Below, piece after piece: positions 9,640 to 23,303 of a stretch of DNA of 64,000 nucleotides (positions are counted from its first letter, which is position 1; every line of letters begins with the position of its first letter). Origin of the DNA: Scyliorhinus canicula. Lineage: Eukaryota. The stretch spans positions 62,001 to 126,000 of the forward strand of contig NW_024055665.1 in NCBI RefSeq assembly GCF_902713615.1. Direction: 5' to 3'. The notes under the pieces were generated by a model that had not been told where the DNA came from, ran no database searches, and saw only the letters and a list, made by a program, of their open reading frames with translations. A program made the position numbers and the translations under genes.

Positions 9640-12600
9640 ATTTAGAAAATGCCCACAAGGTGGATCCAGGTGAACAGAGCCGGACAATTTTTACAGTCCG
9701 TGCTTTCGGTTGCGGCCATGCTGTGCTAGGTCGCACGTTCGGCAGCTCCCGCCAAGAACGGACTTTTAGGCCCTTTGAGTAGCCCCAGCGGCACTGGTAC
9801 GACGGTTCCCAGTGTGGGCAGGTGATAGTAAGGTTCCCCCAGCACTGTATGGAGTGGACCAGGAGTGGAGCGATCAAAAAAGTGGTTTTGGAGCAGCGAA
9901 GAGAGCGGCCCAGGAAGAGAAAGGTGGTGGCGGGTAGAGATCAAGCAGTGTGGGCGCAGTGGTCGCTGGAGCAGCAGGAGTTCCTCAAAAGCAGCTTTGC
10001 GGAGCTGAGAGCAGAAATGCTGGCGCCAATGAAGACGTCGATAGAAAAGCTGGTGGAGACCCAGAAGGCCTAAGGGGCAGCGATTCGAGTGGTGTGGCAG
10101 AAAGCCTCAGAGAACAAGGACGAGATTCTGGGCCTGGCAGAGAAAGTGGAGGCGCACGAGGAACTACACAAGAAGTGGCAGGAGAAGTTTGAGGACCTGG
10201 AAAACAGGTTGAGGAGGAAGAATCTTCGGGTTCTGGGTCTCCCTGAAGGAGTGGAGGGGGTCTGACGCTGAGGCATATGTAATTACAATGCTCAAAACGC
10301 TGATGGGCGTGGGAGCTTTTCCGACGCCCCAGGAGCTGGACGGGGCTCACTGAGTCCTGGCAAGGAGGCCCAAAGCCAACGAGCCGCCAAGGGCTGCAGT
10401 GGTGAGGTTCCACCGCTTTATGGATAGGGAGTGCGTCCTGAGATGGGCGAAGAAAAAACAGAGCAGCAGGTGGGAGAATATGGAGATCCGTAATCTACCA
10501 GGACTGGAGTGTGGAGGTGGTCAAGAAGAGGGCTGGCTTTAATCGTGCCAAGGCGGTTCTCCATCGGAAGGGAGTGAAGTTTGGAATGCTGCAGCCCGCG
10601 CGATTGTGGGTTATGTTTCTGGACCGTCACCAATATTTTGAGGCGCCAGATGAGGCGTGGACCTTTATTCAGACTGAAAAGCTGGACTCGCGCTGAGGGT
10701 TTGTTGTGGGGGTGTTCACTGTATTGTGGGGGTGTTCTTCTGCTGGTTTCAGGTTGAGAAGAGGGGACATGGGAAGGGGTGAGTGGAGTATGATATGGGG
10801 GCTGTGTGAGAGTGTGGGCGCCGTTACTGTAGGGGCAGGTCCCCGCTGATGAAGGGGGGGTTGGAAGCCCAGGTTGGGGAGCTGGGGCGAGGTCGCAGAA
10901 AAAAGAGCTGTGCCATTGGGGGCGGGGCCGGCTCGGATGAAAAGCGTTGGCTTTTTCCCGCGTTAAGGAAGGGAGGGGCTGGGCCAGCAGGAGTCAGCTG
11001 ACTTAAGGGAGCATAATGGGGGGAGCAGAATGACTGGACGGTGGTCTGGCTGGGGGGGGGGGGGACTGGGTTGCTGCTGTATCGGCCAAAGGGGAGCTGG
11101 AGGTAGAAGAGGGAGTCGGGGTGGGGGTCTGCCGCCTGGGGGAGTGGAGGATGCGGGAGGCACGGGCACGTGGCTGGCCTAAAAAAGGGGATGGCTAGTC
11201 AGCGGGGGGGGGGGGGGGGGAAGAGCCCCCTGATCCAGCTGATAACATGGAATGTGAGAGGCTGGTCAAGAGGGCCCGGCTGTTGGCGCACTTAAAGGGA
11301 CTGAAGGCAGACGTGGTCATGCTACAGGAGACACACTTGAACGTGGCAGATAGGTTAGGCTGAGAAAGGGATGGGTAGGGCAAGTTTTTCACTCAGGGCT
11401 GGATGCGAAGAATAGAGGGTTGCAATACTGGTGGGGAAACGGGTGTCGTTTCAGGCGATGAATATTGTGATAATGGAGGTCGAGATGTGATGGTGAGTGG
11501 AAGGTTACAGGGGATGCGGGTGGTACTGGTGACGTTTATGCCCCAAATTGGGATGATGCCGGATTTATGAAACGTATGTTGAGTCGAGATCCTGGATCTG
11601 GAGGCAGGGAGCTGATTGGGAAGGGCGGGGGGGGGGCACTTCAACACGGTGCTGGACCAAGCACTGGACGTTCCAGGTCCAGGACGGGTAAGAGGCCGGC
11701 TGCGGCCAAGGTGCTCAGGGGGTTTATGGACCAGGTGGGGGGAGTGGATCTGTGGAGGTTTGCCAGGCCGTGGCCAGAGAATTTTCTTTTTTCTCCCACA
11801 TCCATAAAGCCATATTCCCGGATAGATTTCTTCATAATGAGTAGGGCACAATCCCGAAAGTGGAGGGAACGGAATATTCGGCTATAGCCATCTTGGACCA
11901 CGCCCGCATTGTGTGGAGCTGGAGTTGGGGGAGCAGAGGGACCAGGGCCCGTTATGGCCCCTCGATGCAGGACTTGGCAGATGAGGAGGTATGCGAGCGG
12001 ATCCGGGGGTATATTCAAAGATACATGGAGGCCAACGGTAATGGGGAGGTGCAGGTGGGGGTAGTCTGGGAGGCTTTGAAGGCGGTGGTTAGGGGAGAGC
12101 TAATTTCCATTAGGGCCGATAGGGAGAAGAGAGAGAGGAGGGAGAGGGAGAGATTAGTGGGGGAGATATTAAGGGTGGACAGGAGCTATGCAGAGGCTCC
12201 CGAGGAGGGGCTGCTTAGGGAGCGACAAAACCTCCAATGGAATTTGATCTATTGAGCACGGTAAAAAGCAGAGGTGCAGTGGAGGAAAATGCAGGGGGCG
12301 GTATATGAGTATGGGGAGAAGGTGAACCGGTGCTGGCACATCAGCTTCGTAAGAGGGAGGCAGCGAGGGAGATTGGTGGAATTAGGGATAGAGGGGGGAA
12401 TATGGTGCGAAGTGCGGTGAGAATAAACGAGGTGCTTAGGGATTTCTCTGGGGATCTGTATAGGTCTGAGCCCCCGGGGTGGGGATGCAGCAGTTTCTAG
12501 ATCAACTGACGTTCCCGAGGGTGGAGGAGGAGCAGGTGGCTGGTTTGGGGGCACCGATTGGGCTGGAGGAGCTGGTTAAGGGATTGGAGAGCATGCAGGC

Positions 12601-15530
12601 GGGGAAAGCTCCAGGACTGACGGGTTCCCGGTTGAATTTTACAGAAAGTATGTGGACCTGCTGGGCCCGTTGCTGGTGAGAATTTTAATGAGGCGAGGGA
12701 GGAGGGAACCCTGCCCCCGACAATGTCCGGGCTGATCTCGTGATTTTGAAGCGGGACAAGGATCCATTGCAATGGGATGTATAGGCCGATTTCGCTCCTC
12801 AATGTAGACGCCACGGGCGCGATTCTCCGCACTCACGACGGGGGGAGAATAGCGGGCGGCGTAAATTTTTACAGCCACGCTGGTCCGACGCCCTCCCGCT
12901 ATTCTCCCCCCCCCCCCCCAAGCCCGCCTCCCGACACGAATCGCTGCCCGCAGTTTTTTTACGGCGAGCAGCGATTCTCCCCTAGCCAATGGGCCGATTT
13001 CCAAGGCCTTTACGACCGTTTTTATGAACGTAAAACAACCTGGTGGACCGTTCATAAAAACGGCCATAAAGTCCCGATCGGGGAACCATGGCACCGATTG
13101 GCACGGCAGTACCACGGCCGTGCCAAGGGTGCCATGGGCCCGCGATCGGTGGGCACCGATCGCTGGCAGGGGTACTTACCCCGCGCACTCTTTCTCCCTC
13201 CGCCGCCCCGCTGTATCCATTCGCGGGGCGGCTGAGGGGCATACCGGCCCGCGCATGCGTGGGTTTCATGCATATGCGTGATGACGTCATCGCGCATACG
13301 CGGGTTGGAGTCGTCCAATCCGGCATGCACGGCTGACGTCATCTGAGCGTCAGCCGTCACTAACTCTGGCTAGCGGGCTTAACGAAATTCATTAAGCCCG
13401 CCATGCCTGGAGTTCACGGCCGCGCGATGCTAGCCCCGACCGGGGAACAGAATCGGTTCCCAGTCGGGGGGGCGGAGGCTGGCGTCAAACCAGCGTTTTT
13501 TGGCGAAGGTTCCGGCTATGTGGATTGAGGACTGTGTCCCGGGGGTAATCCATGAGGACCAGATGGGGTTTGTGAAGGGCAGGCAGTTAAATACGAATGT
13601 GCGGAGGCTCCTAAATGTGATCATGATGCCCTCGGTGGAGGGGGTAGCGGAGGTAGTGGCAGCCATGGACACGGAGAAGGCCTTTGATCGGGTGGAGTGT
13701 AAGTATCTCTGGGAAGTGCTTCGGAGGTTTGGGTTCGGTGAAGGTTTCTAAGGTGGGTGAGGCTGTTATATAGGGCCCCCGTGGCGAGCGTGGCTATGAA
13801 ACGTTGGAGGTCGGAGTATTTCAGGTTGTACCGTGGCAATTGAGCCGCTGGCCATGGCACTGAGGGAATTTGGAACTGGAGGGGATTGGTCTGGGGGGGG
13901 GGGCGGTGTGGAACACCGGGTGTCATTTTCTGCTGATGACCTGTTGTTCTCTGTTGCAGACCCAGTGGAGGGGATGGTGGAGGTTATGCGGATCCTTGAG
14001 GAGTTTGGGGACTTTTCGGGTTATAAGCTCAACGTGGGAAGAGTGAGCTTTTTGTGGTGCATGCGGGGGACCAGGGAAGGGGATAGATGAGCTACCGTTG
14101 AAGAGGGCGAAGAGGAGCTTTCGATACCTGGGGATCCAGGTAGCTAGGAACTTGGGGCCCTGCATAAGCTCAATTTGGCACAGGTTGGTGGAACAGATGG
14201 AGGAAGATTTCAAGAGATGGGATATGCTGCCACTCTCCCTTGCGGGTAGGGTGCAGTCGGTCAGGACGATGGTCCTCCCGAGGTTCCTGTTTGTGTTCGG
14301 GTGCCTGCCCATCCTAATCCCCAAGGCTTTTTAAAACGGGTACGCAGGAGCATTATGGGATTCGTATGGGCGAATAACACCCTGAGGGCTGAATGAGGGT
14401 GTTTTTGGAGTGTAGCAGGACAGAGGGGAGCTGACGCTGCCAAATCTATGTGGCTATTATTGGGCAGCTAATGTGGTGATGATCCGCAAGTGGGTAATGG
14501 AGGGAGAGGGGTGGTGTGGAAAAGGCTAGAGGTGGCGTCTTGTGTGGGTACGAGTCTGGGGGCGCTGGTGACGGCACGTTGCCGCTCCTGCGACAAGATA
14601 CACCATGAGTCCGGTGGTGGCGGGTGACTCTGACGATCTGGGGGCAGTGGAGGCGACATAGGGGCGATTTGGCGGCCTCGGTCTGGTCCCCAATACGAGC
14701 GAACCACAGGTTCGTCCCGTGTAGGATGGGGGTTCCTGAGCTGGCATCGGGCAGGGATTAAAAGAATGGGGGACCAATTCATCGATGGGACTTTTGCTTG
14801 CCTAGGGGCGCTAGAGGATAAATTTGGTTTACCTCCCGGAATGCTTTTAGGTGCATGCATGTGAGGGCATTTGTGAGATGGCAGGTGAGGGAATTTCCGC
14901 TGCTCCCAGCACGTAGAATTCAGGACAGGTGATTTCGGGTGTATGTGTTGGAGAAGACAAGGTCACGGCGATCTATCAGGAACTGCAGGAAGTGGAGGAG
15001 GCCTCGGTGGAGGAGTTAAAGGGCAAGTGGGAGGAGAGCTCGGGGAGGAGCTGGATGAGGATCTGTGGGCTGATGCCCTGAGTAGGGTTAATTCCTCCTC
15101 TTGCGCCAGGCTTAGCCTCATATAGTTCAAAGTTGTTCATAGGGCGCATATGACAGGGGCGAGTATGAGAAGGTTTTTTGGGGTGTGTGAGGTGCTCGGG
15201 GAGCCCAGCAAATCACGCCCATATGTTTGGACGTGCCCGGCGCTGGAGGGGTCCTGGAGGGGCTTTGCGAGGACTATGTCCAAAGTGGTGAACACCCGGG
15301 TCCAAGCCGAGCTGGGTGGAATAGCATTATTTGGGGTATCAGACGAGCCGGGAGTGCAGGAGCCAAAAAAAAGGCTGGTGTTCTGACCTTTGCGTCCCCG
15401 GTAGGCCGGCGGAGGATCCTACTAATGTGGAGGGATATGAAGCCCCCAAGCATGAAAGTTGGATAATGATATGGCCGGGTCATCAAGCTGGAAACTTTGC
15501 CATTCGAAAACCAGTTGGACTTTAACCTGG
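9640..15530 (+). mobile_element. Near full-length decayed L1-clade LINE (ORF1, APE, RT, C-terminal cysteine-rich domain)
   Basis: ORF1 coiled coil and EDLENRLRRKNLRVLGLPEGVE; APE motifs ITWNVRG and VVMLQETH; RT motifs YRPISLLNVDA, HEDQMGFVKGRQ, DTEKAFDRV and SADDLL; C-terminal HMFWTCP-like motif. Many stops and frameshifts. Confidence 0.9.
12814..13499. mobile_element. GC-rich multi-hairpin non-autonomous element (MITE-like) inserted in the L1 RT
   Basis: Splits the L1 between LLNVDA and LAKVPA and starts GGGCGCGATTCTCC. Has an internal 15-bp inverted repeat (13016-13030 / 13049-13063) and several other hairpins. Confidence 0.75.
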
Positions 15531-16659
15531 GTGCTGTGAGACTTCTCATGGATTTAAAATGAGGTATGCTCAAGACACCCACCAGCTGGCGCATTCCACG
15601 TTTGCAGAAGGTGTGAAGTAAAAAACTCACCCCAATATTCTTAGAATTCCCCCTATGCCAATAAAAATCAAGATATTCTAAATGGTGAACAGGGATTCTC
15701 ACTCCCTGACTCCGATGCAGACTTAAGTAGGTGCTGCTGTATTCGGGTAAAACTAATATTTCCAGTTATCCCCCGGTATAATTTGCTGTTTTGCTCGGTT
15801 TTCGTGTTCTATCCGTCCCATGACCGAGGGCAGCTATGAGAGATGACTCTGCTGGCTGCTAGCCATTCAGGGTTTAAACTGCCCTTCTAACAGTAGTTAA
15901 ATTTATGACATTATCGTAAAGTAACTTCGTTTTGCTCTTGACTGTTCAGTGTACCTTTAATCTTAATTACATTTAACACAACTACGTTTTCATGATGAGC
16001 ATGACTTTAGTTCATCGAACTCTGATTACATTTTTTCCTTGTAATGTTCAAAAGTGCTTTGATCCTAGAGGGGTGTTACATTTGGCTCCTGTCACTTCTA
16101 AAGTTGTTTTATTACCAAATAGTGCCCTTAGCTTGTCAGACCTCTGACCACGACTTGGTGTAACTTGTGCTCTCGTGGACACATCGTCTCTGGCTTCCCA
16201 TATTCAACTGGTGTCAGCAGGATTTCACACCTAATCGTTTGTCACCCAATACAACTGGATATCCTCGCAATTCTTTTTTAACTGCTTACTAAAATAATTA
16301 ACTTCAAAGAAGGTGCGAAATACTGTATCCCTTCATGTAATTAAAAGATCAATCTGCTTTAACTTGAAAGACAGGCATCAGTTTTACATAATGAGCTGTC
16401 AGAAGCTGTTTTCTTAACGCCTGTTTCATAAAGGCTACCTTCTTTTACTGCTGCTGTTAACCCCTCGTGAGATTTTCCCTACATTTTCTAATGTACCCTC
16501 AGGTTTTGTCAGACTTCCATGTTTCCAATGACATATTTTCCCATTTTACTTTACAGGTGATAATCAGAGAATAATGGAATTTGCCTTGCGGAAGGAGGCC
16601 ATTAGGCCGAACGAGCCTAAAGACCCTTGAAAGACCACCTCCTCCTACAAATAGAGTAG

Positions 16660-17000
16660 AATAGAACAGTACAGCACAGAAAAGGCCCTTCAGCCCTCGA
16701 TGTTGTGCCGAGCAATGATCACCCTACTCAAACCCACGTATCCACCCTATACCCGTAACCCAACAACCCCTCCTCTTAACCTTACTTTTTAGGACACTAC
16801 GGGCAATTTAGCATGGCCAATCCACCTAACCCGCACATCTTTGGACTGTGGGAGGAAACCGGAGCACCCGGAGGAAACCCACGCACACACGGGGAGGACG
16901 TGCAGACTCCGCACAGACAGTGACCCAGCCGGGAACCGAAACTGGGACCCTGGAACTGTGAAGCATTTATGCTAACCACCATGCTACCGTGCTGCCCTAA
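16660..17000 (-). mobile_element. HE1-like SINE with AGAAC-type tail
   Basis: Head GGGCAGCACGGTAGCATGGTGGTTAGCAT on the minus strand; closely related copies at about 49530-49735 (+) and 56210-56390 (-). Confidence 0.8.
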
Positions 17001-17760
17001 TCCTCCAAACAAGGAAAGCGCCCATCAATAAACATGTTGCCCAGCCTCTCAATCTCTGCTCTATGCCACCCCCCAAACCCTCCTTCCAACCTTCCCAGTA
17101 CATAGCGTGGTTCCCACAAATTGGAGCCCACGCCACCGCTCCCTCCACTCCCATCTGCTTCCGCCACTGCCCCCAAACTCTCAGAGCTGCCCTACCACCG
17201 GGCTTGTGGAGGACCGAGCCAGCGAGAATGGCAGCGATGCCATCACCAGTGAAATTAAACTTGTGCCCCTACATGATGTCGCCTCGACCTGCTCCCATAG
17301 CGAACCTTCCCCCACTACCCACTCCCTGATCATAGCTACATTTGCCGCCCAGTATTAATTCCTGAAGTTCGTTAAAGCCAGCCCCTCCCCCGCGCTGCTC
17401 CGCTCGAACAGCAGCTTCCTTATTCGCGGGGTTCTACCCGCCCATACAAACCCAGAAATCACTGCATTGACCATCTTAAAAAAGCTTTTGGAATAAAACA
17501 GAGACACACTGGAAAATAAACAGAAATCTCTGCAAAACCATAATTTTTAGGGTATGTACCCCCCCCCCTCCCCCGTGACAGGGAGCATGTCCCATCTCCA
17601 AAAATCCTCCTTCATTTACTCAACCAATCGGGCCAGATTTAATTTATGTAACTGCTCCCATCCCCGTGCCACCTGAATTCCCAAGTATTGAAAACCCCCT
17701 CGCATCACTTGAAATTGCATCTCCCCGAGCCTCCTCTCCTGTCCTCTCGCCTGGATCACA
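17000..17760 (-). mobile_element. L1-clade RT fragment
   Basis: Minus-strand FQYLGIQVARGWEQLHKLNLARLVE matches the L1 at about 14110-14190. Confidence 0.75.
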
Positions 17761-17769
17761 AAGACCTCC

Positions 17770-20395
17770 GACATCATGGTTGAGGAGAATATCACAGGTC
17801 TACTCAGGGAGGGCACCTCAGATGGCTCATGCAACAATGCAATATGGGTAGAGTTGAGGAATAGGAAGAGTTCAGTCACAATGCTGAGGGTTTACTATAA
17901 GCCTTCCAACAGCCAGGGGGATAGAAGAGCAGATATGTAGGCAGAATTTGGAAAGGTGTAAAAGCAACAGGATTGGTGTGGTGGGTGATTTTAACATCCC
18001 CTATATGACTGGGACTCCCTTTGTGTTCGGGGCATGGATGATGCAGAGTTTGTAAGTTGCATCCAGGAAGGTTTCTTGAAACAAAATGTTGCTGGTCCAA
18101 CTACAGAAGGGGCCATACTGGATCTAGTGTTGTTAAATGAACCCGGCCAGGTGGTCGAGTTTCAGTAGGGGAGCATTTTGGCAACAGACATCATAATTCA
18201 GTACGTTTTAAGGTACTGCTGGACAAAGATCAAGTAGTTCTCGGCTGATGGTGCTAAATTGGGGGAAGGCCATTTATATACAAATTCGCAGGAACTGAGA
18301 TCCGAGGTCGGGCGCGGACATTTGAGATTAAATAAGCATCTGGCATGTGGGAGGCTTTCAAATGTCAGCAGCTCGAAATTCAGGACAGGGACGTTCCTGT
18401 GAGGAAGAAGGATATGTATGGGCACGTTTTGGGAACCCTGGATAATGCGGGATATTGTGAGCCTCGTCCAAGGAAAAAATAAGCATTTGTAAGGGTTAGA
18501 AGGGGAACAGAGGAAGCCCGTGAGAATACAACTAAAGTAGGAAAGAACTAAAGCATGGAGTCAGGAGGGCTAAAAGCGACCACGTAAAGTCATTGGCAAA
18601 TAGGTTTAAGGAAAATCCCAAGGATTTTTACACGTAAATAACGAGCAAGAGGACAGCCAGGGAAAGGGCTTGTCAACTCAAGGACAGGGGATGGAATCTA
18701 TGCGTGGAACCAGAGGAAATTGGCGAGGTACTGAATGATAGTTTGCATCAGTATTCGCGAAAGAGAAAGACTTGGTGTTGATGAGCCTGGGGGAGGATGT
18801 GCAAATACTCTGGGTCACATTGAGATCGAAAATGAAGGTGTTGAGCGTCTTGAAAAACATTAAGTGAGATAAGTCCCCAGGGCCTGATTGGATCTACCCA
18901 GAGTACTGAGAGAGGCAAGGAAGGAAATTTCTGGGGCCTTGTCAGAAATCCTTGCATTCCTGCTGGCTACAGATGAGGTCCCAGAGGACTGGAGAATAGC
19001 CAATGTTTTTCCTTTGATTGAGAAGCGTAGCAATGATAATTCAGGAAATTGCAGGCTGCTGAACCTCATGTCAGTGGTAGGGAAATTATTGGAAAGGATT
19101 CTTTGAAATAGGATTTACTCCCTATTGGAAGCAAATGGATGTATTAGCGAGAGACAGTGTGGTTTTGTGAAAGAGAGAAAACTAACTTGATTAAGTTTTT
19201 GAAGGAAGTAACAAAGATGATTGATGACGGCAGGGCAGTGGATGATGTCTAAATCCACTTCAGTTTGGTACTTGACAAGATCCATCACAGCAGACTGGTT
19301 CAGAAAGTGAAGTCAGACGGGATTAGAAGTGAGCTGGCAAGATGCATACAGAGGGTAGCAGTGGAAAGGGTGCGTTTCTGAATGGAGGGCTGTGACTAGT
19401 GGTGTTCTGCAGGGATGAGTGTTTGGACCTTTGCTCTTTGTAATATATTTTAATTATTTGGAGGAAAATGCAACTGGTCGGATAAGTAACTGTGCGGATG
19501 ACATAAGGGCTCTTGAAGTTGCAGAAAGTGATGAGGACTGTCAGAGGATGTAGCAGGATATTGGTTGGAAACGTGGGCGGAGTGATGGTAGATGACGTTT
19601 AATCGGTATAAATGTGAGGTAACGCATTTTGGGAGGTCTCATACAGGTGGAAAATATGCAGTAAATAGCCGAACCCTTAAGAGTATTGTCAGGCAGAGGG
19701 GTCTGGGTGTACAGGTCCACAGGTCATTGAAAGTGACAGCGCAGGTGGAGAAGGTAGTCAAGAAGCTATCTGGCATGCTTGCCTTCATCGGCCGGGGCAT
19801 TGAGTATAAAAATTGGCAAGTGATGCTGTAGCTATATAGAACATTAATTAGACCACTTGGAATATAATGTTCAATTCTGGTCGCCACACTACCAGAATGT
19901 GGAGGCTTTGGAAAGGGTACTGAAGAGGTTTACCAGAATGTTGCCTGGTATGGAGGGCATTAGCTATGAAGAGATGTTGGATAAACTCTGTTTCTTCTCA
20001 CTGGAATGACAGAGGTTGAGGGGCGACCTGATAGAAGTCTACAAAATTATGAGGGGCATGGACAGATTGGATAGTCAGAACCTTTCTCCCAGGGTGGAAG
20101 AGTCAATTACGAAGGGACATTGGTTTAAGATGTGAGGGGCAAAGTTTAGAGGAGATCTGCGAAGGACGTTTTTTTACACAGACGGTAGTAGTTGCCTGGA
20201 ACTGGCTGCCGGAGGGGATGGTGGAAGCAGGTCCCATAGAAACATTTAAGGGACGTCTTGTCATGTACATAAATAGGATGGGAATAGAGGGATCCAGAAC
20301 TCGGAATTGTAAAACGTTTCAGATTTGGCGGGCAGCATGGACGGCACAGCCTTGCAGGGCTGAAGGACCTGTTCCTGAGCTGTACTTTCCTTTAT
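17770..20395 (+). mobile_element. 5'-truncated CR1-type LINE
   Basis: Motifs VVGDFNIP, PEDWRIANVFPL..K, LMSVVGKLLERIL and CEVTHFGR, with a 3' tail GGGCTGAAGGACCTGTTCCTG. Confidence 0.85.
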
Positions 20396-20712
20396 TATTT
20401 GTTATTTGTTCAACTGAGATACTTGGCCCCGTCGCACACCTTAATGTTCACAAATCAGCCACATTGATCCGCAATTATGCACAATCTAACTTTTGGAAAC
20501 TCCAGGAATGTTGATAAGGTGGCACATCAGTGGAACCAGCTGGAACCGACTTCTTGATCAATTAATACAACAATGACTTGGTAATGGCAAATGAAGTTTA
20601 ATTAAGTTTAGTTGACTTTTATGATGAGTCACACAGATGGTTAATGCGGCCATTTCTGTTGATGGGCTTCGAGAAGTCTTTAGAAAATGTGCTGCACCAC
20701 AGCCGAGGGAGT

Positions 20713-21366
20713 TGTGATGAGTGTAGGAATTTTAGATATTTTGTATTATGTGTTGGAGAAGTAAGGGTTAAACGCCTGGGTTAGAGTGTGTTGACTGCTG
20801 AAACATGTTTTCAAAGATTCTAAGTTTCAAGACAACACGCTTTTGGGAGCTAGAGATTGATTAACCATCGTAAAAAGCTTGGGCAATGCAATTTTGTTTT
20901 GATTAATGGAGTCAATTCGTTTTCAGCTTGGGGAGATGCTGTCATTGCTGGGTGGAACTAAGGCATCAGATAGTTTGAGGAAGGAGTTTGGATTCTGTTC
21001 TGATCTGGCCGAAGCTATGCGCACAGTGAAACCCCCACTGTAAGTTAGTGAAAAGAGATTAACCGTATGTAAAGAAATACCGATGTGCCTGAGGACGCTG
21101 GTGAGCTGAAACAAGCCCGTTGAAACAGCCTTTGAAGACATGCAGCTGGAATATCTGACAGCTATTGTCGGGTATTATGTTAAAGATTTTAATATCGTGT
21201 TAGTAATAAAGTTTGTTTGTTTTAATAGACCATATCTCGATTTCTTCGTGCAATCACTCCTGGAGCAAGGTATCGTTTCATCATAGTTTTACAAAATTAA
21301 AATAAAACATTGGGGGTTCGGTCAAGTATCCTATCCACTATTGGGGTCTGGCCTGGGATTGTGATA
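20713..21366 (+). mobile_element. Possible solo LTR
   Basis: Starts TGTGATGA, has an internal AATAAA and ends GGGATTGTGATA (decayed TG...CA). No target-site duplication found. Confidence 0.3.
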
Positions 21367-21794
21367 TTAAGTATGGAGCTCATATAATATAATGGATAGT
21401 AGCAATATGGAAATTAATTCGTCTGAGCACGAAACAAGTAACAGTATTGGCCAGCTGATGTTTGGCATGTTGTAAGGTTTGTCGTGAAGTACTCGGAGGC
21501 ATTGTAGTAAGATGATTGGTAGAACAATTAGCGGGGGCGTGATGAATTTTTTTTCAGTCAGAGGGTGGTGGGTGTCTGGAATTCATTGTCTCGGAAGGTC
21601 GTTGAGGCTGAAAAGCTCAACTAATTTAAACGATACCTGGGGGTGCATTTGAAGTGCTGTAACCTGAAAGGTTACGGACCAGTTGCTGGAAAGTGAGAGA
21701 GAAATGAGCGACTAGTGGATTTTCTCTTGTCGTGGCCGGCGCAGACACTATGTCTGAATGGCCTCTTTCTGCACGGTACCTTTTCTATGGTTCT

Positions 21795-22135
21795 ATATAG
21801 AGGGGGTTTACTGTCTATCTAATCCAGCACTAAACCTGTCCTCGCCGTGTTTGAGAGGTGCAGCATAAAGGGAGTTTCTCTCTCCATCTAACCCCGAATG
21901 TACCCGTCGGGAAAGCCACTGATTGGCCGTTGAAGAAGGAACTTCACTGTGTGTCTATTATGGAATATATTAGATCCGAGGGTATCCACAACCCAAATGG
22001 TTAAATTGGAACTGCGGGTAAGTTGAAAATGCCTTGGGAATGTATGCTGGCACAGTCTACAGCCGCGTTACTCTGAATCTAACCCCATGCTGTGCCTGCA
22101 CCGTAGCGTTTGACTGAGACACTGTACAGGCAGTT
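21795..22135. repeat. Degenerate minisatellite-like repeat (TTACTCTG-ATCTAACCCC motif)
   Basis: TCTATCTAATCC, CCATCTAACCCC and GAATCTAACCCC recur, each followed by ACC/GCCTG-like sequence. Confidence 0.4.
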
Positions 22136-23102
22136 TTAATTTTCCAATTTCCGTTCTGTTCGGGCTGGGATGGATCAGTGTGGTGCCCTTTACAAGAAAC
22201 TGGCATGTGATTTTGACGAATCATCATATGAGAGAGTTCAGAGAGGTTCTTCTGGCTGTGTGGTCATTCTGCCTCTGCGTTTTCTGATAACATCATGCGA
22301 AAGTGATGGGCTGCCATGATCCCCCGTGTGTGTGCGGGGGGAGGGGGCAGTGCGGAGTGGGTTGGGGGGGGGAGGCTTTAATAGGGAAAATCGAAAGCTG
22401 GGGAGGAACCTTAGAAAAAGAAATGCAAACAATTTCAAGTTAATTAATTTAACAATTTATGACAAATTCACACAGAGTATGTTCGGGAGAACGTATGTTT
22501 CAAACTTACACTAAGAGGATACAACAGCTTAGAGAGTAATTGAGAAAAGAACACTTGGGGTCTGAGCTACCAGCACTATCTACACCTGTAACATACCAGT
22601 GAGCAAATATAACTGCGACATAAAAGGAAGCATCTGAGCACAGGAGCCAGAAAAGCTATTTATGAGCACATTAACAAAAACTAAAGTGAAAATCGAAGTT
22701 ACCTTAACCGTATAATGATGACGCCCTCCCCAATGCAAAGTGGATGTACCTGCACCACATGGACTGCAACGGATCAAGAAGACAGCTCACCACCACCTTC
22801 TCAAGAGCAATTATGGTTAGGCAACAAATGGTGGCCCAGCCAGCGAAACCCACATCCCGCAAAAATGAACAACGAAACAAAAACACGCAAGATGTCCAAT
22901 CATGATTCTTTTCAACTACAGGTTACGAATCGAAACAGTCGCTTGATCACTCTGCACTTGAATATTGCTGAAAACACAGGTATGATTCCGAAGATTCTGG
23001 ATGTGCAAAATGGAGAACCTCAGCAAGATGTTTCTCTCGTCACAAAAGAAACTGGCATCATAAAAAAAGACGTCTTTCTTTAAGAGTGATCAAGAGAAGA
23101 TG

Positions 23103-23108
23103 TTTATT
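23103..23108 (-). terminator. PolyA signal for the membrane-form IgM mRNA
   Basis: AATAAA on the minus strand about 63 nt after the TM2 stop codon. Confidence 0.7.
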
Positions 23109-23170
23109 ATTGTAATCCAGAGGTGCCTATAAACACTGAGGAAAACGAACGGCGCCTGTACTTCAACTGA

Positions 23171-23179
23171 TCACTCGAT
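23171..23179 (-). CDS. IGHM: IgM heavy chain TM2 exon (ATC GAG TGA = I-E-stop)
   Basis: Strong acceptor TTCTTTTATCTCTCGTACAG 124 nt downstream of the TM1 donor, in phase 0, with AATAAA after it. Confidence 0.75.
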   Translation of the reverse strand: ME

Positions 23180-23303
23180 CTGTACGAGAGATAAAAGAAT
23201 GAAACAAATATTTAGTGATCCGTTGCAGTTATCTAATTTCTTTTTAAATTAAACTTGTAGAAATGTGGAGAGATGGTAGAGTGAATGGATTGAATCTTCT
23301 CAC

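Noticed and set aside
9822-15525. L1 ORF fragments as host genes
   Set aside because: They are frameshifted pieces of one decayed retrotransposon.
15540-16560. Possible additional degraded minus-strand LINE
   Set aside because: Too decayed to assign a family or boundaries by eye.
22580-22777. Hydrophobic minus-strand ORF as a TM exon
   Set aside because: No Ig TM motif or fitting splice sites; the real TM1 is at 23304-23431.
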